Source of the DNA: a virus
Taxonomy: Duplodnaviria > Heunggongvirae > Uroviricota > Caudoviricetes
DNA length: 37,771 bases
Strand: one strand, 5' to 3'
Virus record (IMG/VR): IMGVR_UViG_3300026533_000003
Location: 1-37,771 of that record
The notes under the pieces are model-generated. The model was not told the DNA's origin. It searched no databases and saw nothing but the letters and a program-made list of their open reading frames with translations. The translations under genes and the position numbers were made by a program. Below, one piece after another: positions 1-8,458 of this stretch; the first letter of the stretch is position 1; every line of letters starts with the position of its first letter.

Positions 1-2
1 TA

Positions 3-287
3 CCACTACCATTAGTTGCTTTTTTAAAGCCTGACACAATAGATGAGTACTACACTATACCTGAGTACTTAGCTACAATGAACCAAACAGTAGAGAGATA
101 CTCTAATGATGGAGTATACTTCTTAAAAGGATTTGGTTTCAATATAGCTAGTTTAGATGAACTCAGAAGTAAGCTAGTGGATTTCAACTTAACGGAGGGT
201 GTAAACTTTTTTATCCTTAGCCACCCCGAAGCATTAGAAGAGTTAGCTAAACCTGAGTGGGATAATAATGAGTTACCAGTAGCGTAA
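3..287 (+). CDS. Hypothetical protein, 3' part (5' end outside window)
   Basis: The frame of the 78..287 ORF is open back to the window edge (PLPLVAFLKPDTIDEYYTIPEYLAT-MNQ…). There is no RBS before ATG 78, so this is probably a truncated longer gene. Confidence 0.6.
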   Translation, partial: PLPLVAFLKPDTIDEYYTIPEYLATMNQTVERYSNDGVYFLKGFGFNIASLDELRSKLVDFNLTEGVNFFILSHPEALEELAKPEWDNNELPVA

Positions 288-289
288 TC

Positions 290-318
290 TTGACACTAGT
301 TAGAATGTAGGCTATAAT
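290..318 (+). promoter_or_regulatory. Consensus sigma70 promoter for the portal operon
   Basis: TTGACA (290-295), 17-nt spacer, TATAAT (313-318); AAAGGAGG RBS follows before ATG 343. Confidence 0.85.
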
Positions 319-342
319 CCTACAATTAATAAAGGAGGCTCT

Positions 343-2583
343 ATGGCCGAACATACAGAAGAAGAAACTACCTCTTTAGCTCCTAAGGTGAGTGCAGCTA
401 AGATGCAGCCCACTTGGAAGAAAGCTCCAGAGGTTACAGACTTCAAAGCTGACCATGACTCTGCCGAGAGTGGACAAGATGCTTTCAGAGAGAGACTGGA
501 AGGATGGAAAGAAACTAGAGAGGGTGGAAAGGCTATTACAGTCAATGCTCTAGGCAAGTCCACATCTAGACCATTAGTAGTAAGAAAGTCTAATGAGTGG
601 AAATATCCTGCACTAGAGGAGCCGTTTCTCAGTACTACTAGTCTATTTAAGATCTCTCCAGCTACATACAAAGACGTAGAGGCTGCTAAGCAGAATGAGT
701 CTATACTTAACTACCAATGGAATACTAAGGTACAGAAGACTAAGTTTGTAACTGATGTTATTAGAACTGTGGTTGATGAAGGTACTGTTATAGTTAAGAC
801 TGGGTGGAAGACAGAGTTTGATATAGAGGAAGTTGAGGAAGAACAGCCAGTATATGCTACTCCTGCAGAAAGTCTAGTTATGATGCAAGAAGCAGTACAG
901 TCAGGTAACATGGCACCAGAGCAAGCACAGGCTATGATGGAGACCGGAGAACCTATCGTTAAGGGGACTAAACTTGTTAAGGTAGAGAAAGAGGTTATGG
1001 TTATTAACCAACCTACTTATGAGGTCTGCCTTAACGCTAACGTTACTATCGATCCTACATGCGATGGTGTTATGGAAGATGCTTTATTCGTTATACACGA
1101 GTACGATACTAACCTTGCTGAGTTAAGAATGAATGAGTTTGAAACTCTAGAGGATGGAAGTACAAGAGGCTTCTACTACAACTTAGACCATATAGGAACA
1201 GGAGAGACTGTTTCTGATGATGATGCATTAACTGATGAGTCTAATGAGTTTAAGTTTGCAGATAAGGCTAGGAAGCGATTAAGAGCTTATGAGTACTGGG
1301 GCTATTGGGATGTTCAAGATGACGGAGTACTAGTAGGAGTTGTTGCTACTTGGGTAGATAACGTTCTTATCAGGTTACAAGAGAACCCATTTCCTCATGC
1401 TAGACTGCCGTTTAGTGTATCTACATATATGCCAGTTAAGAAGAGTGTACATGGTGAACCTGACGCTGAGATTTTAAAAGAGAACCAAGATACTATTGGT
1501 AGAATGACTAGAGCTATTCAAGACATAACTACTAAGCAAGCAGTAGGGCAAGAGTTCATAGATGAGAACTTCTTCCCTAGTCCGTCACAGAAGAATAGTT
1601 ATGAGAAAGGTAATACAGTTTTCTACCGTACAGGTTTTGATCCTAAGAAGGCTATACATAGAAGTGATATACAGCAAGTAGGCAGCACTCCATTTGACGT
1701 TATCAATTGGCAGACAACTGATGCTAATGAGTTAACTGGTACTAGACCGTTTAGTGGCCCTGGTGGTGCTAAGATGAATGGTAACCAGCAGAGTAAGGAC
1801 TCTATGGATGCCACAGCTAAGAGAGAGCTATCTATACTTAGAAGGCTTAGTGATAACTTATTTGTAGATATGGCTAAGATGACTATAGCTATGAACCAAG
1901 CTTTTCTACCAGAAGAGACGGTAGTTAGAATTACTGACAAAGAGTTCGTAACTATTAACCGAGATGACTTAGGAGGGGACTTTGATTTAAGAGTACAAGT
2001 TAGTACCCCTGAAAGAGACCAAGACCAGGCAGAGAAGTTAATGAAGCTTATGCAAACTAATGCAGCCAATATGGATCAAGAGATAGTTAAGATGCACTAC
2101 GTTAAGATGGCAGAGCTTTGGAAAATGGAAGACCTGGCTATGGCAGTTAGTGAGTACCAACCGCAGCCTGACCCTAAACAAGAGCAACTAATGGAACTAC
2201 AGCTTGAAGAGCAGAAGCTTAAAAATGCAATACTTATGAAAGAGCTTGAAGACCTCGATAGCAAGATTACAGAGAGAGTTAGTAGAGCTGCTGGTAATAC
2301 TAATGATAGTGACCTTACAGCTGCTAAGACAGAGCAAGCGTTAGCGTTAGCTGATAAACTCAAGTCTGAGACAGATATATTAGACCAATCTTTTCTCTAC
2401 CTTCAGTCTGGTAAATCCAGGCAAGAGGATATAGAAGATCAAGAGTACACGACATCTGTAGATGCTGCTAAGAGCGCTGATGACAGGAAAGCCAGTATAG
2501 AAGATCAAGAGTACGCTGCTACTGTCAAGGCATTCGAAACAGCTGGACATAGAGCATCAGTTAAAACAGTAAACGAAGTTTAG
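343..2583 (+). CDS. Portal protein (N4 gp59-like)
   Basis: 746 aa, strong RBS. N-terminal WKKAPEVTDFKAD, SRPLVVRK, GTVIVKTGW, YEYWGYWD and LPFSVSTYMP resemble N4-family portal motifs; position upstream of scaffold and MCP genes. Confidence 0.88.
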   Translation: MAEHTEEETTSLAPKVSAAKMQPTWKKAPEVTDFKADHDSAESGQDAFRERLEGWKETREGGKAITVNALGKSTSRPLVVRKSNEWKYPALEEPFLSTTSLFKISPATYKDVEAAKQNESILNYQWNTKVQKTKFVTDVIRTVVDEGTVIVKTGWKTEFDIEEVEEEQPVYATPAESLVMMQEAVQSGNMAPEQAQAMMETGEPIVKGTKLVKVEKEVMVINQPTYEVCLNANVTIDPTCDGVMEDALFVIHEYDTNLAELRMNEFETLEDGSTRGFYYNLDHIGTGETVSDDDALTDESNEFKFADKARKRLRAYEYWGYWDVQDDGVLVGVVATWVDNVLIRLQENPFPHARLPFSVSTYMPVKKSVHGEPDAEILKENQDTIGRMTRAIQDITTKQAVGQEFIDENFFPSPSQKNSYEKGNTVFYRTGFDPKKAIHRSDIQQVGSTPFDVINWQTTDANELTGTRPFSGPGGAKMNGNQQSKDSMDATAKRELSILRRLSDNLFVDMAKMTIAMNQAFLPEETVVRITDKEFVTINRDDLGGDFDLRVQVSTPERDQDQAEKLMKLMQTNAANMDQEIVKMHYVKMAELWKMEDLAMAVSEYQPQPDPKQEQLMELQLEEQKLKNAILMKELEDLDSKITERVSRAAGNTNDSDLTAAKTEQALALADKLKSETDILDQSFLYLQSGKSRQEDIEDQEYTTSVDAAKSADDRKASIEDQEYAATVKAFETAGHRASVKTVNEV

Positions 2584-2591
2584 GAGACATA

Positions 2592-2963
2592 ATGGAAGTA
2601 CCAACACACCCAGGGGCACAGCAACCTCAGCAACAGGCACCGGCTACCGGCGCTGACTTTTTTAGGCCTAGTGCTAGTCTAGCTGCTAGTAACCAGCAGA
2701 TAGCTCAGAAGCAGGCTCCTCAACAGGGGCTAGGAGCACCAGTACAGCCTCAACAACCTCAGGTAAGCCCAGAGCAAGTTCAGGCAGAGCAGATGGCTGA
2801 GGCTATCTCTAATGGCCAATTACAAGGTGATCAGCTACAGGCACTAGCTAATCAAGACCCAGCTATGGTACCAGTTATACAAGCTGCAGTTACAATGGCT
2901 GAACAGCGTAGGAAGGCTACAGAAGCTCAATACAACCAACAACAAGGTTTAGGGGAGTTTTAA
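2592..2963 (+). CDS. Gln/Pro/Ala-rich low-complexity hypothetical protein
   Basis: 123 aa; TAGGAG RBS overlaps the portal stop codon; composition is strongly Q-rich. Confidence 0.75.
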   Translation: MEVPTHPGAQQPQQQAPATGADFFRPSASLAASNQQIAQKQAPQQGLGAPVQPQQPQVSPEQVQAEQMAEAISNGQLQGDQLQALANQDPAMVPVIQAAVTMAEQRRKATEAQYNQQQGLGEF

Positions 2964-2992
2964 GGATACTGTAAGGTAGTACTTACTATAAT
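2960..2992 (+). promoter_or_regulatory. Putative promoter, TTAA-N8-TAAG-N11-TATAAT type
   Basis: TATAAT at 2987-2992 at the start of an intergenic gap; upstream TTAA 2960-2963 and TAAG 2972-2975 match three other promoters in the window. Confidence 0.6.
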
Positions 2993-3120
2993 CCGTCAAC
3001 TTATTAGCAGGAGCTACTAAGTAATAGATGATCTCCACAAGGGGATTCCGCCAAAGTCTGAAGCGGTTAAAAGCTGGTTACAAGAGGCAATGTGGTTAAC
3101 ACACCCTATGAGGACGTATT

Positions 3121-3501
3121 ATGGAACTAACTGATTTACAACAAGAGCTAAAGGCTATTGACAGTTTTATTGCTGAGAAGCAGAAGCTTATTAAGCGTGG
3201 TGAACAACTCAAAGAACTTATGAATAGTGAAGCTTTTAAAGCCGTTATTCTAGAAGGTTATATTGAGGAGGAATCTCGCAAGTTATTTGAATCCCTTACT
3301 AATCCAATGGGTGTGAGTGCTTATACAGAAGAGGAAACTCTACAACGTATGAGATCTATTAATCACTTCAGAGACTACGTAGGTACTAAGGACCATCAAG
3401 GTACAGTACTGGTAGATGCGGGTAAGGCTCCTATTGATATCATCAATGAGGAAGACCACCGTAAAGAAGTAACTGCTAAATATGCAGAGGATGAGGAATA
3501 A
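3121..3501 (+). CDS. N4 gp58-like head assembly protein (coiled-coil)
   Basis: 126 aa with GAGGA RBS; LMNSEAFKAVILEGY motif; syntenic between portal and gp57-like gene. Confidence 0.6.
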   Translation: MELTDLQQELKAIDSFIAEKQKLIKRGEQLKELMNSEAFKAVILEGYIEEESRKLFESLTNPMGVSAYTEEETLQRMRSINHFRDYVGTKDHQGTVLVDAGKAPIDIINEEDHRKEVTAKYAEDEE

Positions 3502-3504
3502 CTA

Positions 3505-4809
3505 ATGAGTGAAGCAATACAACAAGAAGCTGAGTTTGATATAGATGTATTTGAGGCAATGGCCGCAGGTAACTATGAAGAACCGGAAATAGAAGATAGT
3601 GTTGAAGACGAAGACGAGGAACACCAAGAGGACACAGACCAAGAGGTTGTTGAAGAAGATGAAGAGGAACTTGATGAAGGTAGCGACGGCGACCTTGATG
3701 AAGACTTGGGAGATGACAATGACATTGAGGAAGAAGACTCTCTAGTAGATGCTGATGATTTAGATGATGAAGACGATGCTGCTGAAGATGAGGTTGATGA
3801 CACTGACGAAGTGGAAGATACGGAAGATGAAGACATCGAGGAAACAGAAGACGACACAGACACAGATGAGACTAGCGACGGCGAACCTCAGGGCACAGAT
3901 GTAGTTGATTATAAAGCATTCTATGACGCTGTAGTAAATACAGAGTTCGTCGTGAACGGTAAGAAGGTTAAAGGGTTTGCAGATCCTCAGAAGATTATTC
4001 AGTCTCAACAGATGGCTGGAGGGTTCTCTGAAAAGATGGCAGGCTTTAAGCAATACCGTCCTTATATGGCACCTCTGAAAGAAAGGGGTATGCTAGATGA
4101 CCCTGCTAAGTTTGACTTGGCGATGAATCTAGTTGATGGGGATGTTGAGGCTATTAAAGCTCATCTAAACTCATTGAAGATTGATCCACTAGACTTGGAC
4201 ATGGAACAAGTTAAGTATGAGAGAAAGGTTAGTACAGCCTCTGAGAGCTCTTTAGCTATTGATGATGCACTGGAACAGGCTAGAGCCGCTGGTGTAGAGG
4301 ATAGGCTAAGAGATGTTATAGGTAAGCAATGGGATGCTGAGAGCTTTGACGAGTTCTCCACCAATGCTAGTGTACGTAACGATCTCATACAGCATATCTC
4401 ATCTGGAGCGTATGACCAGGTAGAAAGTAAGATGACAGAGTTAAGTCGACTTGACTTCTCTGGATCTTATGGTACAATGTCGACCGTTGATAAGTATCGC
4501 GCTGCGGTAAGGGCATTACAAGCTGAAGCTCCGGCTCCGGCTAAAGTAGCTCCTGTAGACACTAAGCCCGCGAAAGATGTTGCGGCTAAGGCAGCTAAGG
4601 CTAAGATACTTAAGGCTCGTAGAGAATCTGAGTATAAGGCCAAGGCAGCTAGAGAAGAGGCTAAGCGTAATAAGCAAAGGTCTTTAGCTACATCTGTAAG
4701 TGGTAAGAAGAAAGGTAAGACTAAGCAAGTTGCTAAGTTTGATCCTATGGCATTAGAGGGAGAGGCGTTCCAAGAACACTTCGACTTCTTAGCATCAGGC
4801 GGTAGGTAG
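3505..4809 (+). CDS. N4 gp57-like protein, probable scaffolding protein
   Basis: 434 aa; ~125-aa D/E-rich N-terminus, then FVVNGKKVKG…IIQSQQMAGGFSEKM…P, and a K/A-rich C-terminus; directly upstream of the MCP. Confidence 0.7.
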   Translation: MSEAIQQEAEFDIDVFEAMAAGNYEEPEIEDSVEDEDEEHQEDTDQEVVEEDEEELDEGSDGDLDEDLGDDNDIEEEDSLVDADDLDDEDDAAEDEVDDTDEVEDTEDEDIEETEDDTDTDETSDGEPQGTDVVDYKAFYDAVVNTEFVVNGKKVKGFADPQKIIQSQQMAGGFSEKMAGFKQYRPYMAPLKERGMLDDPAKFDLAMNLVDGDVEAIKAHLNSLKIDPLDLDMEQVKYERKVSTASESSLAIDDALEQARAAGVEDRLRDVIGKQWDAESFDEFSTNASVRNDLIQHISSGAYDQVESKMTELSRLDFSGSYGTMSTVDKYRAAVRALQAEAPAPAKVAPVDTKPAKDVAAKAAKAKILKARRESEYKAKAAREEAKRNKQRSLATSVSGKKKGKTKQVAKFDPMALEGEAFQEHFDFLASGGR

Positions 4810-4852
4810 TTAACGCTACCACCCCTCAAACAATAACTAAAGGACATATATA

Positions 4853-6169
4853 ATGGGTATTAATAAATCTAAATTCAACCAAGGTGGTTACACTTCAACA
4901 GGGATCGACGAACAGTATAACGACAAGTTCTGGTCTAAAGGTGCTGTTAAAGAGTCACAAAAGAAGAAAACGTTTACACAATTAGGTGACCGTTTAACTC
5001 AACCTAAACACTATGGTGATCGTATTGTTAAAGAACGTCAGTTCCCAATCCTTCACGAATTAAATAAGATTGATGGTGGTCTTGATGCTACTGTTGCTTC
5101 TATTATCGTTTCTACATTCTACGCTTACAACACTTCTGGTGTTTTAGTTGGGACTTTTGAAACTCGTGATTATGCTAATGCTGCTGCTGCTGAAGCTGCT
5201 GCAGTTGCTGCCGCTGCTGGTGGTAAGGTACAGAATGGTGCTGGTTCAGTTTATCATGGTGATGCTGATCACGCTGTTGTTAAGGCTACTTTCCCAGCTC
5301 TTACAGAAGAGGGTGGTAACGTAAACTCAGTTAATACTAAGTCTGTTACTGTTGAAGGTTTTGTTAAAGAGTTTGGTATTCATACTAAATTTACTCAACG
5401 TTCACTTGACATGGATTCACGTACAGGGTTACTTGCACGTAAGTCTAAAGAGCTTGGTGAGGCTAAAGGTGATATGTATGAGGCACAAGTTCAAGCTGAC
5501 CTTATCTCTGCATCTGAGTTAAATCGTACTTTTGCTGGTACTACTGCTACTTCATTACTAACTTGTGATGACACTGCTGTATTAACTTACTCTGACTTAC
5601 GTCTTATGGAACAAGAGCTTAAGCGTTTACTTGTGCCACATGATACTAAGATCATCAGTGGATCAACTAAGATTGATACTAAAGTAATTGGTAAGGCTTT
5701 CTACGTTTACGTAGGTCAAGAGTTATCTCCTACATTAGAAGATATGCAACACAATGGTGTTAATGTTTGGAAACCTGTAGAGGCTTACAAAGATGGTAGT
5801 TCTAATACTGCTGAAGGTGAGATCGGAGCAATCGGAAGATTTCGTTTTATCGAAGTGTCTAACATGCAAAAATACCGTGGTGTAGGTGCAGATGCTACCT
5901 CTACTCCTGGGTTCCATACATCTAAAGTAGCTGGTGGTGGTATTGAGTCTTTCGACGTATTCCCAGTATTATTCGTAGGGTCTGACTCTTTCGCAACTGT
6001 TGGTTTCGAAGGTGATAGCTCACGTATTAAGACTGCAATGCCTAAGGCTGATGCACACAATGACCCATTTGGTAAGAATGGATCAGTATCTATCTCATGG
6101 TTCTTCGGTACTCTTATCTACAAAGCTGAGCGTATTAGACAAATCGCTTGTACCGCTAAGCTCGTATAA
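4853..6169 (+). CDS. Major capsid protein (N4 gp56 family)
   Basis: 438 aa; PKHYG, PALTEEGGNVN, FTQRSLDMDS, IISGSTKIDTKVI, YVGQEL, GEIGAIGRFRFI, DVFPVLFVGSDSF and DPFGKNGSVSISWFFG match N4 gp56 motifs; codon usage typical of high expression (CGT/GGT/GCT). Confidence 0.93.
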   Translation: MGINKSKFNQGGYTSTGIDEQYNDKFWSKGAVKESQKKKTFTQLGDRLTQPKHYGDRIVKERQFPILHELNKIDGGLDATVASIIVSTFYAYNTSGVLVGTFETRDYANAAAAEAAAVAAAAGGKVQNGAGSVYHGDADHAVVKATFPALTEEGGNVNSVNTKSVTVEGFVKEFGIHTKFTQRSLDMDSRTGLLARKSKELGEAKGDMYEAQVQADLISASELNRTFAGTTATSLLTCDDTAVLTYSDLRLMEQELKRLLVPHDTKIISGSTKIDTKVIGKAFYVYVGQELSPTLEDMQHNGVNVWKPVEAYKDGSSNTAEGEIGAIGRFRFIEVSNMQKYRGVGADATSTPGFHTSKVAGGGIESFDVFPVLFVGSDSFATVGFEGDSSRIKTAMPKADAHNDPFGKNGSVSISWFFGTLIYKAERIRQIACTAKLV

Positions 6170-6181
6170 TTGGCTTGTTCC

Positions 6182-6214
6182 TTTAAACTTTAACTAAGTT
6201 TAAATGGCTATAAT
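6182..6214 (+). promoter_or_regulatory. Promoter with overlapping inverted repeat upstream of the endonuclease gene
   Basis: TTTAAACTT-N5-AAGTTTAAA (6182-6204), then TATAAT at 6209-6214; AAGGAG RBS follows. Confidence 0.65.
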
Positions 6215-6239
6215 CTCTTTATTAACTTAAGGAGATTGT

Positions 6240-6965
6240 ATGCAATTACTAGAGATACTACGAACGGATAAATGGGTTACAAGTGGAGGTAAGAATACCT
6301 CAGCACCGATAGGGTTATTTGAATGCCCTTCGTGTAAGTGCACTGTTGAGAAAGTTAAACAGGCTGGTCTTAAGGCAAGAAGCTGTGGGGCTGCTACATG
6401 TAGGAAGGCTACGTTTCAAGCCAATCCTGACAACAGAGGCAATACGTCTATAGCACCAATAACTAAGATGCCTTACTACTCTGTACTTAAGGAGAAGTAC
6501 CGCTTGCTCAAGCAGACACACTCTTATGATAATTCAATAGGTACTTTTAAAAAGTTCTATGATTGCATCATAATTAGGTATACTGATATACGTGCTAACT
6601 CCGGTAAGGTGCGACTTACTGTTAGTGGCCCCACCGCCACAGTGGATACTATAAATGTAGAGGCTGTTAGTGAGCTTGCTAAGTACAAGAAGACTGGTGA
6701 TGAGAACTCTAAGTTCCTGTACCTTGTCGAGTCTCAAGGGTTTGTAAAGATTGGTGTAACTAATGATGTGCAAGGCAGAGTTTCAACCATCTCTACTTGT
6801 AACCCATTTGAAGTGAAAGTAATACTAGCACAAGAGGTAGGTAGTGCCTACCAAGTAGAGAAGTTCCTACATGATAAGTTTAAAGATACTAACGTTAAAG
6901 GTGAGTGGTTCAAACTTACCTCTAATGACATTGCTTACATCACGGAACATTTAAGTAGTCTCTAA
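6240..6965 (+). CDS. Free-standing T5orf172/MUG113-family (GIY-YIG-like) endonuclease with N-terminal Zn-binding motif
   Basis: C-terminal YLVESQGFVKIGVTNDVQGRV…EKFLHDKF…KGEWFKL; N-terminal CPSC…CGAATC. Confidence 0.82.
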   Translation: MQLLEILRTDKWVTSGGKNTSAPIGLFECPSCKCTVEKVKQAGLKARSCGAATCRKATFQANPDNRGNTSIAPITKMPYYSVLKEKYRLLKQTHSYDNSIGTFKKFYDCIIIRYTDIRANSGKVRLTVSGPTATVDTINVEAVSELAKYKKTGDENSKFLYLVESQGFVKIGVTNDVQGRVSTISTCNPFEVKVILAQEVGSAYQVEKFLHDKFKDTNVKGEWFKLTSNDIAYITEHLSSL

Positions 6966-7034
6966 GGAGGCTACTACTATACTACGACCACTAGAAAGTA
7001 ATAGGTGTTAGCACAGTCTAACAGATATATGGCA

Positions 7035-7053
7035 ATAGGTAATTATTACCTAT
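7035..7053. promoter_or_regulatory. 19-bp inverted repeat (operator or hairpin candidate)
   Basis: ATAGGTAAT-T-ATTACCTAT in the intergenic gap just upstream of the RBS of 7077..7667. Confidence 0.45.
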
Positions 7054-7076
7054 CCAACAACAAAGGAATTATATAA

Positions 7077-7667
7077 ATGGCAACAGCATTCAAAGACATG
7101 ACTAACAGCGAGCTTAAAGAAGCTTGTGTAGATTTTGGTTTAGAGGTAAAGGCTAATAACCCTAAGCGTCCAACTAAGGATGAGTACGTAGCGGTATTAG
7201 AAGCGTTTAAAGTAGAGCAAGCTCGTATCAATGGTATTGACTTAGAAGAGCAAGCAGCGTTAGAAGCAGAAGCAGAGGTTGCAAAGAAAGACCCTACTTC
7301 TAAACGAAAACCTCAAAGTAAGGTAGAGTTAATGAAGCTTGACCTATTTCGTAAAGATAGAGTTATAGTACATGATCAGCAAGATAACCAAACTAAGGAC
7401 GCTATGGTTAGCATCTCTTGGGGTAACAGGTTAGTTGGTGGGCAGACTGACTGGGTAGACTTAAGTGGAACTCCTCAGTATATTCGTAAAGGTGCTATAC
7501 AGAACCTTAAGGATGCTACATGTACTATACAGACTAATAAGTCTAACGGTGGTGGTGTACAGACTGAGACTAGGCCTAGGTTTATTGTAGTACCTGTTGA
7601 CGGGCTAACACCTGAAGAGTTAGCTGCATTAGCTAAGAAACAGGAAGCAAGAAACGCTAAGTTCTAG
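7077..7667 (+). CDS. N4 gp55-like virion protein
   Basis: 196 aa, AAAGGA RBS; first conserved gene after the MCP; N-terminal SELKEACVDFGLEV helix and C-terminal RFIVVPVDGLTPEELAALAKKQ resemble gp55 homologues. Confidence 0.62.
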   Translation: MATAFKDMTNSELKEACVDFGLEVKANNPKRPTKDEYVAVLEAFKVEQARINGIDLEEQAALEAEAEVAKKDPTSKRKPQSKVELMKLDLFRKDRVIVHDQQDNQTKDAMVSISWGNRLVGGQTDWVDLSGTPQYIRKGAIQNLKDATCTIQTNKSNGGGVQTETRPRFIVVPVDGLTPEELAALAKKQEARNAKF

Positions 7668-7671
7668 TTTC

Positions 7672-7697
7672 ATAGAGATCTCTTTGGAGGTCTTTAT
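7672..7697 (+). terminator. Stem-loop after the gp55-like gene (weak terminator or processing hairpin)
   Basis: ATAGAGATCTC-TTTG-GAGGTCTTTAT, an 11-bp stem with two G-U pairs; no long U tract. Confidence 0.5.
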
Positions 7698-7719
7698 TGA
7701 GATTACATAAGGAGTAAAT

Positions 7720-7962
7720 ATGGCATCATTAGATTTCACTAAAGTCACAGACGGTACACTTACAGGTAATGGTTACTTTGACGTAGCTATTAGGACACTA
7801 AGGGCTCATATATCAGATGCTCTATCTAACAATGAGTTAACACAGGAAGGTGCTGGTGTTGTGTATACAGGTGTACTACCTGGTATATTTGAACAAGCAG
7901 TTGCCTTTGAAGTACAGGATGTACAGATTAAGCTCGGTAAGATCCCCTCAGTACTAAAATAA
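7720..7962 (+). CDS. Small virion protein resembling the N-terminal motif of N4 gp54-family proteins
   Basis: 80 aa, AAGGAG RBS; DGTLTGNGYFDVAIRTLRAHI resembles the remembered gp54-family G-G-FD-L---AHL motif. Confidence 0.5.
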   Translation: MASLDFTKVTDGTLTGNGYFDVAIRTLRAHISDALSNNELTQEGAGVVYTGVLPGIFEQAVAFEVQDVQIKLGKIPSVLK

Positions 7963-7969
7963 CCATTTA

Positions 7970-7978
7970 TGGTATAAT
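7970..7978 (+). promoter_or_regulatory. Extended -10 promoter for the tail cassette
   Basis: TGGTATAAT (TGnTATAAT) immediately after the stop codon at 7962. Confidence 0.65.
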
Positions 7979-8049
7979 CCCCCCAATAAACTAACTTAAG
8001 GCCTTAGAGCTCATCTATGAGACTCTGACGGCTACATAAAGGATACATC

Positions 8050-8457
8050 ATCGCAACAGCAGCAGACCATAGAATCATTATAGAGAAAGGTGCGGACTTT
8101 AAGATTAACGTACAGGTGTCAGAGAACGGAGTTACTAATAAGGACTTATATGGCTACTCCGTTGAGATGGTTATTAAGTATGAAGACACAGATGGTACTA
8201 TTAAAGTATTAGATACTATTGTAGGCACAGTACTAGAGGATGCACCAGGTTCAGGTACTTACGCTAATGGTAACCTAGAAGTGGTAATTGACAAGGCTAT
8301 AACGGCTACTTATACTACAAGAGTATTACCACCGTTAAGCCCTTTTACTACAGAGTATAACTACTTCTATAACATCGATATAAATGAAGACCCTACTATT
8401 ACAGATGGTAAGGATAACCTCAGAGTTCTTAGAGGTAAGTGTGCAATAAGGGTTTAG
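8050..8457 (+). CDS. Tail-cassette protein (135 aa), probable ATC start
   Basis: The frame is open from 8029 with no ATG. AAGGA RBS at 8039-8043 lies 6 nt before ATC 8050, giving (M)ATAADHRIIIEKGADFKINVQV. The track's GTG start at 8116 lacks an RBS. Confidence 0.65.
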   Translation: MATAADHRIIIEKGADFKINVQVSENGVTNKDLYGYSVEMVIKYEDTDGTIKVLDTIVGTVLEDAPGSGTYANGNLEVVIDKAITATYTTRVLPPLSPFTTEYNYFYNIDINEDPTITDGKDNLRVLRGKCAIRV

Positions 8458-8458
8458 T

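Noticed and set aside
3573-3863. Ser-rich minus-strand ORF and other antisense ORFs in 312-29952
   Set aside because: These are shadows of the + strand genes (for example the Asp/Glu tract read antisense); they lack RBSs and recognisable domains.
6240-6965. Endonuclease as part of a group I intron in the capsid gene
   Set aside because: The MCP ends with its own stop and family-typical C-terminus, and the endonuclease has its own promoter and RBS. The same holds for 35983..36708.
8116-8457. GTG start given by the ORF track
   Set aside because: No RBS at 8116; RBS position and protein-like upstream sequence favour 8050.
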